DNA from: Eledone cirrhosa
Lineage: Eukaryota
Assembly: GCA_964016885.1 (NCBI GenBank)
Contig: OZ024740.1
Span: 218,426,001-218,490,000 of the forward strand
Direction: 5' to 3'
Length of the DNA stretch: 64,000 nucleotides
The notes under the pieces were generated by a model that saw only the letters and a program-made list of their open reading frames with translations, was not told the DNA's origin and ran no database searches. This document shows, piece by piece, positions 27,241-39,561 of the stretch. A program made the position numbers and the translations under genes. How positions within the stretch are numbered: position 1 is the stretch's first letter; every line of letters starts with the position of its first letter.

Positions 27241-27662
27241 ACAGAAAAAGAAACTCTTTAGTCATAAGTATAGAAACACTTTTTAAAGACGATGTGTAAT
27301 GGTTGGTTTCCCATGCACATAGAATATAAAGGCGTATATCACCAACAAGCCAATCAAACATAGTGTCCTATATACATACATACAAACATTTTGTTTGACA
27401 CCTTTTCCTCTCGTATGCGACTATATATATATATATATATATATATAAATATATATAATTATGGAACGAAGTTTATCGCTTCGGTCGTTTGCTCACTCAC
27501 TCAATAATTTAATTAAGTTTATATTATTAAATTTCGAACCCAACCGATTACAGTGTGCATATACGTTAATCAGCGAGGAAGACGTCTTCGTGTGGATAGG
27601 AAAATTGAAATACACGGACCGATGCACCACTTTCTACGACTCCGATCTGCTGGCGGTGGTTC

Positions 27663-27732
<70 letters not shown>

Positions 27733-27735
<3 letters not shown>

Positions 27736-27925
27736 AAAATGTATGACCCCGGCGGCAGAGCTCAAGCCGTTTCGACGGCTATTTCTGGACTAGAAATAGC
27801 CGTCGAAACGGCTTGAGCTCTGCCGTCGGGGTAATACATTTTCCTATTACCCACTCTACTACCATAAGTATTGAGAGTACTCTGGTGCGTTATGATCCAT
27901 CTGGTTCCTTACCACAACTCTCTCG

Positions 27926-27928
<3 letters not shown>
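27733..27928. mobile_element. Family A fold-back element
   Basis: Palindrome centred on tttct-ggact-agaaa, then a tail to (TA)n. Confidence 0.8.
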
Positions 27929-27998
<70 letters not shown>

Positions 27999-28171
27999 GA
28001 ATTCGTGCTCTGAAATAGCGATATATATATATGAATGTACATACAGTGTATTTTGCAATACACTGTATGCTGAATTAAAAGCCTTTTGAAGACCTTACGC
28101 TATTGTTTTAAAGTAGTGACAATGTCACTTACTTCCATTTTCAGCAAAGCAGAAGATGAAACATGAATCAT

Positions 28172-28266
28172 AATTTTCAGCGGACAGGAGGAGTGCTGAG
28201 CTTCGATAAGTACCAACAAGTACGAAACAGAGCTGTCAGCTTGTCTCCCCTTGTTTGCTGAAAATT
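28172..28266 (+). ncRNA. Type I hammerhead-like variant (core UCGAUAA)
   Basis: Distal stem aattttcagc/gctgaaaatt; GAGCT-TCGATAA-GTAC caacaa GTAC-GAA-ACAG ag CTGT-C-AGCTT. Confidence 0.6.
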
Positions 28267-28453
28267 GAAGAAACAATGTAGTTATTAATGAGTTGAAATT
28301 AACGCATCAAGATTGCACAACTCAAGCATCACTCATTCATAGTCAGCCTATACACCTTACAGCTTACTCTCGTATATATATATATATATATATAGTTTTA
28401 ATATAGATGAGATTCTACAGGACTAGAACTGTTTCATTCATTAGAAATCATCA

Positions 28454-28506
28454 GAGATTCCTGATGATTTCTAATGAATGAAACAGTTCTAGTCCTGTAG
28501 AATCTC
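28454..28506 (+). ncRNA. Type I hammerhead ribozyme (family B) inside palindrome 28393-28522
   Basis: GAGATTC-CTGATGA-tTTC taat GAAt-GAA-ACAG ttctagtc CTGT-A-GAATCTC. Predicted GUA cleavage after 28499. Confidence 0.8.
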
Positions 28507-28736
28507 ATCTATATTAAAACTATTATACTCTGCTATGTATTGAGTACCTTACTTACTGTGGTTACCTCCGATTCAACCCGGAATAACGTATATATATATA
28601 TATATATATATTTATATACAGGGGGTGTAATATATCGTATATATATATATATATATATATGGTCGTCAAGTATGAAATTTGTAGAAATGTGTGTTTTTTT
28701 CTAAACATTTCTACAAATTTCATACTTGACGATCGA

Positions 28737-28767
<31 letters not shown>

Positions 28768-28772
<5 letters not shown>

Positions 28773-29090
28773 ACTAGAAATTGATTGCCATATATATATC
28801 TAAGATAAACACATGAAACAATCACAGGGGATAATTTGTAAAGTGTGTGATTGTTTCATATGTTTATTTTAGATATATATATATATATGTCAATCAATTT
28901 ATAGTAGAATAAGCTCAAAGATTCCAATGAATAGATCCGAGCATTTTATATCAACTAGAAATTGATTGACATATATATATATATATAATAAACACATGAA
29001 ACAATCACACACTTTACAAATTATCCCCTGTGATTGTTTCATGTGTTTATTTTAGATATATATATATGTCAATCAATTTCTAGTTGATAT
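28768..29090. repeat. Two ~140-bp palindromes in inverted orientation to each other
   Basis: tatcaactagaaattgattg...aaacacatgaaacaatcaca arms occur four times. The central spacer is inverted between the two units. Confidence 0.85.
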
Positions 29091-29265
29091 ATATATATAT
29101 ATATATATTGGAATAAATGCTCTGAAATAGCGATATATATGTGAATATAGACATAGAATATTCGAAAATATTCTGTATGTTTATAATAAACATTTTGAAG
29201 ACCTAATCGCTATAGAATAGAATACGTCACGTATTACAATTAGATTCTCGATAAAAGCAAGGGAA

Positions 29266-29308
29266 GTAATCTACGCGTTTCATTCTTGTTAGAAATCATC
29301 AGGACTAC
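29266..29308 (-). ncRNA. Type I hammerhead (also 29576-29618, 29886-29928, 30196-30238)
   Basis: Reverse complement of the motif at 30425-30467. Confidence 0.85.
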
Positions 29309-30424
29309 ATATCCAGTGCTTTTATCGAGAATGACACAGCTAGAGACTTATAGAATACTTAGCTGTGTACAGGAACTGGTTTGAAAGAGCGGTTGCCGGT
29401 CCGGCAGAAATTAGAAATTGGAATAAATGCTCTGAAATAGCGATATATATGTGAATATAGACATAGAATATTCGAAAATATTCTGTATGTTTATAATAAA
29501 CATTTTGAAGACCTAATCGCTATAGAATAGAATACGTCACGTATTACAATTAGATTCTCGATAAAAGCAAGGGAAGTAATCTACGCGTTTCATTCTTGTT
29601 AGAAATCATCAGGACTACATATCCAGTGCTTTTATCGAGAATGACACAGCTAGAGACTTATAGAATACTTAGCTGTGTACAGGAACTGGTTTGAAAGAGC
29701 GGTTGCCGGTCCGGCAGAAATTAGAAATTGGAATAAATGCTCTGAAATAGCGATATATATGTGAATATAGACATAGAATATTCGAAAATATTCTGTATGT
29801 TTATAATAAACATTTTGAAGACCTAATCGCTATAGAATAGAATACGTCACGTATTACAATTAGATTCTCGATAAAAGCAAGGGAAGTAATCTACGCGTTT
29901 CATTCTTGTTAGAAATCATCAGGACTACATATCCAGTGCTTTTATCGAGAATGACACAGCTAGAGACTTATAGAATACTTAGCTGTGTACAGGAACTGGT
30001 TTGAAAGAGCGGTTGCCGGTCCGGCAGAAATTAGAAATTGGAATAAATGCTCTGAAATAGCGATATATATGTGAATATAGACATAGAATATTCGAAAATA
30101 TTCTGTATGTTTATAATAAACATTTTGAAGACCTAATCGCTATAGAATAGAATACGTCACGTATTACAATTAGATTCTCGATAAAAGCAAGGGAAGTAAT
30201 CTACGCGTTTCATTCTTGTTAGAAATCATCAGGACTACATATCCAGTGCTTTTATCGAGAATGACACAGCTAGAGACTTATAGAATACTTAGCTGTTTCA
30301 GAGCATTTATTCCAATTTCTAATTTCTGCCGGACCGGCAACCGCTCTTTCAAACCAGTTCCTGTACACAGCTAAGTATTCTATAAGTCTCTAGCTGTGTC
30401 ATTCTCGATAAAAGCACTGGATAT

Positions 30425-30467
30425 GTAGTCCTGATGATTTCTAACAAGAATGAAACGCGTAGATTAC
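30425..30467 (+). ncRNA. Type I hammerhead (also 30735-30777, 31045-31087, 31355-31397)
   Basis: GTAGTC-CTGATGA-tTTCT aaca AGAAt-GAA-ACGCGT-A-GATTAC. A distal 16-bp stem I pairs 30401-30416 with 30474-30489. Confidence 0.85.
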
Positions 30468-31603
30468 TTCCCTTGCTTTTATCGAGAATCTAATTGTAAT
30501 ACGTGACGTATTCTATTCTATAGCGATTAGGTCTTCAAAATGTTTATTATAAACATACAGAATATTTTCGAATATTCTATGTCTATATTCACATATATAT
30601 CGCTATTTCAGAGCATTTATTCCAATTTCTAATTTCTGCCGGACCGGCAACCGCTCTTTCAAACCAGTTCCTGTACACAGCTAAGTATTCTATAAGTCTC
30701 TAGCTGTGTCATTCTCGATAAAAGCACTGGATATGTAGTCCTGATGATTTCTAACAAGAATGAAACGCGTAGATTACTTCCCTTGCTTTTATCGAGAATC
30801 TAATTGTAATACGTGACGTATTCTATTCTATAGCGATTAGGTCTTCAAAATGTTTATTATAAACATACAGAATATTTTCGAATATTCTATGTCTATATTC
30901 ACATATATATCGCTATTTCAGAGCATTTATTCCAATTTCTAATTTCTGCCGGACCGGCAACCGCTCTTTCAAACCAGTTCCTGTACACAGCTAAGTATTC
31001 TATAAGTCTCTAGCTGTGTCATTCTCGATAAAAGCACTGGATATGTAGTCCTGATGATTTCTAACAAGAATGAAACGCGTAGATTACTTCCCTTGCTTTT
31101 ATCGAGAATCTAATTGTAATACGTGACGTATTCTATTCTATAGCGATTAGGTCTTCAAAATGTTTATTATAAACATACAGAATATTTTCGAATATTCTAT
31201 GTCTATATTCACATATATATCGCTATTTCAGAGCATTTATTCCAATTTCTAATTTCTGCCGGACCGGCAACCGCTCTTTCAAACCAGTTCCTGTACACAG
31301 CTAAGTATTCTATAAGTCTCTAGCTGTGTCATTCTCGATAAAAGCACTGGATATGTAGTCCTGATGATTTCTAACAAGAATGAAACGCGTAGATTACTTC
31401 CCTTGCTTTTATCGAGAATCTAATTGTAATACGTGACGTATTCTATTCTATAGCGATTAGGTCTTCAAAATGTTTATTATAAACATACAGAATATTTTCG
31501 AATATTCTATGTCTATATTCATATATATATATATATTCGATCGTCAAGTATGAAATTTGTAGAAATTTTTAGGAAAAAAAAAACACAAATTTCATACTTG
31601 ACG

Positions 31604-31642
<39 letters not shown>

Positions 31643-31651
31643 TTAACTAAA

Positions 31652-31790
31652 AAGTCCAGAATTAGCCGTCGAAACGGCTTGAGCTCAGCCGTCGGAGTCC
31701 TACTCGTTCCGATTACCCACTCTACTACCCTAAGTATTGAGTACTTTGGTGCGTTATGGTCCACCTGGTTCCTTACCATATTTCCTCCGT

Positions 31791-31792
<2 letters not shown>
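31652..31792 (+). mobile_element. Family A copy (single arm)
   Basis: agtccagaattagccgtcgaaacggc...tattgagtac...cgttata. Confidence 0.75.
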
Positions 31793-31831
<39 letters not shown>

Positions 31832-31842
31832 ATATATATACA

Positions 31843-32030
31843 CGAGAGTAAGCTGTAAGGTGTATAGGCTGACTATGAAAGATGCTTGAGTTGTGCAATC
31901 TTGATGCGTTAATTTGAACTCATTAATAACTGCATTGTTTCTTTCCAGGGGTTATGTTGAAAAATAAACCCCTTGGTCATTCTATGAGAGTAAATTATTC
32001 AGCCTATGATCCTTTCAGCCGAGCCCCGTA
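31843..32030. mobile_element. Mariner-like MITE (related: 35497-35682, partial 28268-28373)
   Basis: Imperfect TIRs cgag(a/g)gt..gctg.aa.gt..ataggctga at both ends. Confidence 0.6.
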
Positions 32031-32064
32031 TATATAAATATGTGTATATATATATATATACAAA

Positions 32065-32151
32065 CATTTTCCTATTACCCACCCTACTACTCTAAGTATT
32101 GAGTACTCTGGTGCGTTATGGTCCATCTAGTTCCTTACCACACGTTCTTCG

Positions 32152-32204
<53 letters not shown>

Positions 32205-32442
32205 TAACAGATTAAAGTGAAGGTATAATAAGATACCAGGTGGACCATAATGCACCAGAGTACTGTATACTTAGGGTAGTAGAGTGGGTAATAGGAAAAG
32301 AGTTCGGATCTAGCTGTCGATAAGGCCGGCGCTCAGCCGTCGGGGTCTTGACTCTTTTCCTATTACCCACTCTACTACCCTAAGTATCGAGTACTCTGGT
32401 GCGTTATGGTCCACCTGGTATCTTACCACCCCCTCTTTGTGT

Positions 32443-32475
<33 letters not shown>

Positions 32476-32684
32476 GAAAATGTTCAAGACCCCGACGGCT
32501 TAGCTCGAGCCGTTTCGATGGCTATTTGTGGACTATTTCTGGAGTCCAGAAATAGCCGTCGAAACGGCTCGAGCTCTGCCGTCGGGGTCTTGAACATTTT
32601 CCTATTACCTACTCTACTACCCTAAGTATTGAGTACGTTGGTGCGCTACGGTCCACCTGGTTCCTTACCACACTTCCTTCGTTA
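32065..32684. mobile_element. Cluster of family A fold-back elements
   Basis: Repeated cctattacccactctactaccctaagtattgagtac arms in both orientations, separated by (TA)n. Confidence 0.8.
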
Positions 32685-33980
32685 TATATATATATATACT
32701 TATACTTACAATGTGCCTTGATGAAAACAAACATACACCCTATATACGCACATATACACACACCTAGTTACATAAGCACATTGTCAAAAGGTTACAATGC
32801 TCACACAGTCACATAATCCCAGTTACAAACGTATAGTAAGCACACATATACACCCACGTACTCATCCTCACGATTAAAATACCAATAAACAAACACCCAT
32901 TAGTTCCTCCTACAGCTACCTTTGCCTCTTACTCTCCGTCTCTCTATCTCTCTCTTGACACATACTCTTGCTCTCACTCAACTCAATTTCTCTCTCCTCT
33001 CTTTTTCTCCCCCCTCCCCTCCCCTCCTTCCATTCCTCTCTATCCTCTCGCCTTCCCTTCATCTCTATCCTCTCGCCTTCCCTTCATCTCTCTCCTCTCT
33101 CTCTCTCTCCCTCTCCTTCCCTCTCCACATCTCTCTTTACCTCTCTCATTCTCTCCTCTTCCCTCTCTTCTCCCTCTCTCCTCTTCCCTCTCTTCTCCCT
33201 CTTTCCTTCTCCTTCTCTTTCTTTCTCCCCTCCTTCTCTTCATTCTCTCTTTCCCCCTCTTCATTCTCTCTCCCCCCTTCCCTCTCTCTCTACTTATAAC
33301 TCTCACATCCTCCCTCTCTCTCCTTTTCCCTCTCTTCTCTCCTTCTTTCCCCCACCTCACTCTCTCTCAACTCCATCACCTTCACCACACCTTATTAACA
33401 CACCACATCCTCCACATCCTATCTTCTTCAGCAGCTTCGATTACGTTACCAGTCCCTACTGTTATTGCTCCCCTCCTCTCTCTGTGCCCCATGGGTCTTT
33501 TACCTTCATTTTTCTTCTTGATGTGGTTCCAATTCCTTGCCGCCTTTCAGTCTCTATTTTATGTTTTAATTACGCAGTAGTCAAGCAAAAAATAAAAATA
33601 AAACTTTCACTTTCTCCGTGTCCAGTAGTGTGATTTGGCCACGTACACACAAACATTAAATTATTTTAATTATATAGAGATGTAACCGTGTGTGTGTGTG
33701 TGTGTGTTGTACTTGCTCTGAAGGTAAAAATTGGTCACTATAGAGGTGTTAACAGTAAGAGGATGACTGTTGCGTTGGTGATTTGTGAAAGAGGTGTAAT
33801 GTAGTTTATAACTCAAAGGTTATAAATAGTCATAAGCTAGTAATATCTCCGTAAATTTGAGCATTTTTCTGATGAGGGCTTAACAGTACAAGAAACCAAT
33901 CAGATAGGTACGTCTTCTGCTCCCAGAGAATTAAACCTGGCGGGTAACCCTTTTCTTTACTTTTTACAGTGAAATTCAAT

Positions 33981-34011
<31 letters not shown>

Positions 34012-34022
34012 TATATATATAT

Positions 34023-34138
<116 letters not shown>

Positions 34139-34288
34139 TATAATATATATATATATATAATATATATATAATATATATATATATATAATATAATATATAT
34201 ATATAATATAATATATATATATAATATAATATATATATATAATATATAATATATATATAATATAATATATAATATATATATAATATAT

Positions 34289-34339
<51 letters not shown>

Positions 34340-34347
34340 TATAATAT

Positions 34348-34382
<35 letters not shown>

Positions 34383-34679
34383 TCATATATTCATATATTC
34401 AAGAGATATATTTTGCATTAGACCCCCCACCTATGTATATAAGGCGTGGTGGCTGGGTGGTTAGAGAATTGGATTCGCGACCGTGAGATTGTGAGTTCGA
34501 TTCCAGAACTGGGCGGTGCGTTATGTCCTTGAGCAAGGCACTTTATTTCACGTTGTTCCTTCTACCTGGAGTTGCGACCGATAGATAGTATTATCAATTG
34601 GAAAGATCAATAGAAACATTGTTTCCTCGGTCCGATTTGACTATCGACTGTCTATATATATATATATAGTAATAATAAT

Positions 34680-34895
34680 AAAATTGAAGACTAAAATCCA
34701 AAGAGGGCTCGATAAGGACAAATATATATCAAATATATAAGAACCGAAGAGCAAATATTTATTAAAATAACAGGTTAAAGTTTAAGCAAAGAATCGCTGC
34801 TTTCACCCTTAACGGGATCTTCGAGTTTCAGAAGATCCCGTTAAGGGTGAAAGCAGCGATTCTTTGCTTAAACTTTAATCTGTTATTTTAATAAA
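34680..34895. mobile_element. Family C fold-back element (also 36176-36340, 38597-38747, 43347-43480)
   Basis: taaaataacagattaaagtttaagcaaagaatcgctgctttcacccttaacgggatcttc and its inverse. Confidence 0.7.
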
Positions 34896-35434
34896 TATAT
34901 ATATTACATTCAACGTTATGGATGTCATGATTGAGATAATATCGAACATGTGTCTTGTCTCCCAAAATCAGCTCATGGAATAAATTCAAGAGATAAATCC
35001 TCGGCGGGATTTGAACTCAGTGAGCAGAGAGCCGGATCGAATAACACAAAGCATTCTATCCGATGTTCAATAATCACATATTTTTAGTCTCACGGGGAAG
35101 AGAACACCACAGCTTATATTTCTTCGTGAACAAAAAAAAAGAGATAAATCTGACTAGTTTCTATTCAGAAATATTATCTACCTTCTTTTCCACAGAAAGA
35201 TTAATAGTTTGTAGCTATTTATTGTATATTAAGCAGGCCTAGATTGGCTTGTCTAAATTACATAACAGTGCAGACGCTGATAACGTTAATTAATTTAGTA
35301 ATTAATAGTTCATTACACAGTGTATTTCGTTAAACAATTTGAAAACCTGTGACGTAATTATTTTGATAAATTTCTCCACAGCGGGACAAAATTATATATA
35401 CGTTAGTAATATACTTTACATGTAATATATATAT

Positions 35435-35491
<57 letters not shown>

Positions 35492-36066
35492 TGTTTGAGG
35501 GTCGGCTGAAAAGTTCATAGGCTGACTAAGATACTCTCATGGAATGACCAAATGAGGTCTATTTTTCAACATAGTCCCTAGAAAGAAACAATGAAGTTAT
35601 TAATAAGAAGTGTTGTGAAATAAATGCATGTAAGATTTCGCAGCTCTAGCATCACTCCTTCATAGTCAGCCTATGAACTTTATATATATATATGCATTTT
35701 GAGTGTTTTTAAGTGTACACGTGTATATGAAATACTCAATCATTTACACGTTAATTCCCCGATCAGATTGTTCCGGTGATCAAACAAGTGGAACACTCAT
35801 CGTTGAAACCGACAGAGGACCTTCACACGTGTCGACAGATATGTATATGTGTAGGAGGAGGGGGGGGGGGGTGTTAATCAAATGTTTTTCACTAAACTGA
35901 CCTACATTTTTTAGTGTTGTCTCGCTTGTCTTTCTTTTTTTTTTCTTCCATGACTCTATCACGTGAATTCACATTAAATTTTATATTCAAATTAGTTAAC
36001 CTTTGATTCTGATGAAAGTGATTAAGAATTGAATGTATATGTTGGGGGGTGAGGCTTGTATGTATG

Positions 36067-36098
<32 letters not shown>

Positions 36099-36341
36099 AA
36101 TATATATATAATATATATATATGAAAACTCGTGTGCCTCCTCCCCACATTTTATTATTATTATATATATATATATTTATTAAAATAACAGATTAAAGTTT
36201 AAGCAAAGAATCGCTGCTTTCACCCTTAACGTTAATCTGTTATTTTAATAAATGTTTGCTCTACGGTTCTTATATATTTGATATATATTTATCCTTATCG
36301 AGCCCGCTTTGGATTTTAGTCTTCAAATTTATTATTATTAC

Positions 36342-36372
<31 letters not shown>

Positions 36373-36575
36373 ATACAAAAAAAAACTATATATATATATG
36401 TATGTGTGTATGTATATATATTTATGTATATGTGTATGTATGTATGTATGTATGTATATATGGATATGTATGGCTACAGATTTCTGAATACCATTTTTCT
36501 ATAAACGTGTCCAATGCCTGTTGGATTGAGGTTCGTGGTAGAGTAAGTCAATATATATATGCGTGTGTACGTATG

Positions 36576-36644
<69 letters not shown>

Positions 36645-37132
36645 ATATATATATGGGCCGATTTTGAGTAGGCTTTTGCAAATGGCGGTTTACTAATCAC
36701 CATTGACGAAAGTTTAGTCTCGGCAGTATTTTTGTATAAATCGAACACCATTATAGCTCAGTGACTGTAATCTATAAAAAGCTAAATGTCGTAACTAAAT
36801 ACCACAAGATATTTTGTCTGGTGCTTTAACGATCCTGACAATCCGCCAGTAAGTGAATGACAGTATGTATGTACTAACCAGTATCTCTTGATGGAGTCGT
36901 AGTGGTATACGGTGTCGTAATGGTATACGGTGTGTCTTGGGCACTTTAAACCTGGCAGAGCCGATGCCCTCTCCAGTTCTGAACACAGTTGATTTCTTCT
37001 AAAGAATGAGAAAGAGAGGGGGAGAAAAACATATACAGACCTGCCAACCTCTAAAAACCTAAACGGGGAGTACCATGAAAAAAAGTGCCTCAAAAGGGAG
37101 AAACGAAGCAAAATGGGGAGATTTTACATAAT

Positions 37133-37318
37133 TGTTTCTACTTTAGGCACAAGGCCAGCAATTATCCAGTGCATTACTGGTACTTTATTTTATCGACCCC
37201 GTAAGGATGAAAGGCAAAGTCAACCTCGACGGGATTTGAACTCAGATCGTAAAGGGACGTAACTATGCTGGAAAGCATGGCGTCCGACCCTCTACCGATA
37301 CTGCCAATCCACCGCCCT
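37133..37318 (-). mobile_element. Full-length high-copy SINE with 14-bp TSD
   Basis: agattttacataat at 37119-37132 and 37319-37332. Confidence 0.9.
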
Positions 37319-38325
37319 AGATTTTACATAATGAAAGCTATACCCATTTTCATAAGAGAAGACATCTCACACCCACTCAAAAGTAGGTGTGAGATCTCCC
37401 CGTCGGACGGGGAGAGTTGACAGGTCTGCATGTAGAGGAAGAATCTACCCAAGTGCTGGTCTGTTTTTTTTTATTTTTATTATTATCATTAATCTCGAAA
37501 GTGACCTCGGCGAGATTTTAACTCAGGGAGCGCAGAGAACCGGAACGAATACCGCAAAGCATTATCGCTGACGTTTTAACGATCGTACACAACTAAATGA
37601 GTGATAGTGTCCCGTGTACATTTTTGTTGTTATAAATGTTTGGCTGTGTATCATAGCTTCATGTTTACTGACACTAGAGTGAAATGGTGAGTCACTAATT
37701 CAGTAATATATGTATATAATAACAACACCATTATACATCAGTGACTTTAAACAATTGAGTAAATACATCAAATGTAAGCCACAGCCACTGAGAGTGAGAT
37801 ACTGGTTTCTACTCCTGTTCTTGTTTAAGATATTTAAGTGATTAGGCCATTCATCCTATTTCCTATTCTATTCTGCGAACGGCTTCTGTTACCCAGTTTT
37901 TATAACTGCGTGGAGTCATTGCTATTTGATGAAAACATGAAATACAAACAGTAACTTATTTAATTCATTAAAATCACTGAAGACACAATACAGCCAGCCA
38001 CTGCACACAATGATGAAAACGTATGTTAAACATGATTCCCTCTCTACTCAGGTTGAGCATGACACTCTCTTTACTCATAGACAACACATGACTAAAACTT
38101 TCACGTGATCACACAAAACGATCACACCACTCAACGAAGGAACTCCTATATGGTCGTTTGAAATTCAGAAAGAGTAGCCAAATATCCCTCATATCACAGC
38201 GTTTAAAAAAAAACGGTGTGATTCGCGGGATATTTGGCTACAATTTCTGACTCTATAAACAGTAACATTAGTTCTTTATTCAGCATATATTTAGTGTGTG
38301 TTTATTACACCAACCCATAAAACAA

Positions 38326-38379
<54 letters not shown>

Positions 38380-38381
<2 letters not shown>

Positions 38382-38565
38382 CGAAGGAAGTGTGGTGAGT
38401 AACCAGATGGACCATAACTCACCAAAGTACTCGATACTGGGTAGTAGAGTGGGTAATAGGAAAAGAGTCAGGACCCCGACGGTTGAGCTCCGGCCGTTTC
38501 GACAGCTAGGTTAGACCTAGCTGTCGAAACGGCCGGAGCTCAACCGTCGGGGTCCTGACTCTTTT

Positions 38566-38569
<4 letters not shown>
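38380..38569. mobile_element. Family A fold-back element (variant)
   Basis: Centre gacagctaggt-tag-acctagctgtc. Confidence 0.8.
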
Positions 38570-38603
<34 letters not shown>

Positions 38604-38654
38604 TAACAGATTAAAGCAAAGAATCGCTCTTTCACCCTTAATGGGATCTTCTGA

Positions 38655-38688
<34 letters not shown>

Positions 38689-38739
38689 TCAGAAGATCCC
38701 ATTAAGGGTGAAAGAGCGATTCTTTGCTTTAATCTGTTA

Positions 38740-38898
<159 letters not shown>

Positions 38899-38899
38899 T

Positions 38900-38952
<53 letters not shown>

Positions 38953-39492
38953 ATATTTTCTCTCTATCTCCATACATAATTTCCCTTCGTTAATTTTCAA
39001 ATTCCTTTAATTTATACATTATCTTCCAACGGTTCCCAACCTCTCTATATTAAAACATTATATCTTTTTCTCAGTTATAAAAACTATCTCTTTCTCTCTA
39101 TCACCCATCTCTCCCTTTCCACCTTCACTCTCATCTCCTCCCCTTTTTTTCATCTTTTCCACCCCCACCCCTCCCTAAATATAATATATTTTTTCCTCGC
39201 ACATATCCTCCCTTCGTTAATTTTCAAAATTTTTAATTTATACAGTATCTTCCAACGGTTTTCGACCCCTCTATATAAAATATATCTCCTCTCTGTTATA
39301 AAAACTATCTCTTTCTCTCTATCACCCATCTCTCCCTCTCATCTCCTTCCCTTTTCATCCTTTTCTCTCCCCCCCTCTCTAAATAAAATATTTTTCCCAA
39401 TATCACACATCAATCTAAAACCACTTTTCATATGTTGATTTAAAACTGCACTATCAACAAGTGTTTTTTTAGCCTTCATATCATGTTCTCCT

Positions 39493-39561
39493 GTTTTATC
39501 TGATGAAAACACAAATATTATTGTTTGATGATGTTTGTTTTTGAAATGCGCATAATAAAAT
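39493..39561 (+). ncRNA. Type I hammerhead ribozyme
   Basis: GTTTTAT-CTGATGA-long stem II-GAA-ATGCGCAT-A-ATAAAAT. Distal pair gttc/gaac. Confidence 0.8.

Larger units (their letters stand above)
29107..31521. mobile_element. Inverted tandem array of 310-bp hammerhead-containing units (retrozyme-like)
   Basis: ~3.8 units on the minus strand (29107-30296) and ~3.9 units on the plus strand (30296-31521). Period is 310, units look identical by eye, and (TA)n lies on both flanks. Confidence 0.9.

Noticed and set aside
29375-29530. Second hammerhead on the opposite strand of the 310-bp unit (TTGAAAG / TTGAAGA ... TGAAATAGCGATA)
   Set aside because: Stem II cannot be placed in register with either candidate core. 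It is kept only as an unknown motif.
29107-31521. CRISPR array or ordinary satellite
   Set aside because: There are no unique spacers and no cas genes, and the context is eukaryotic. One ribozyme per unit and a discrete insertion in (TA)n argue against a plain satellite.
33869-33905. CTGATGA...GAAAC motif
   Set aside because: Stem II does not pair, so it is at best a decayed HHR.
38982-39395. ~225-bp direct duplication as a retrozyme unit (also the short direct repeat at 40346/40668)
   Set aside because: No hammerhead lies within the duplicated units and the copies are diverged.
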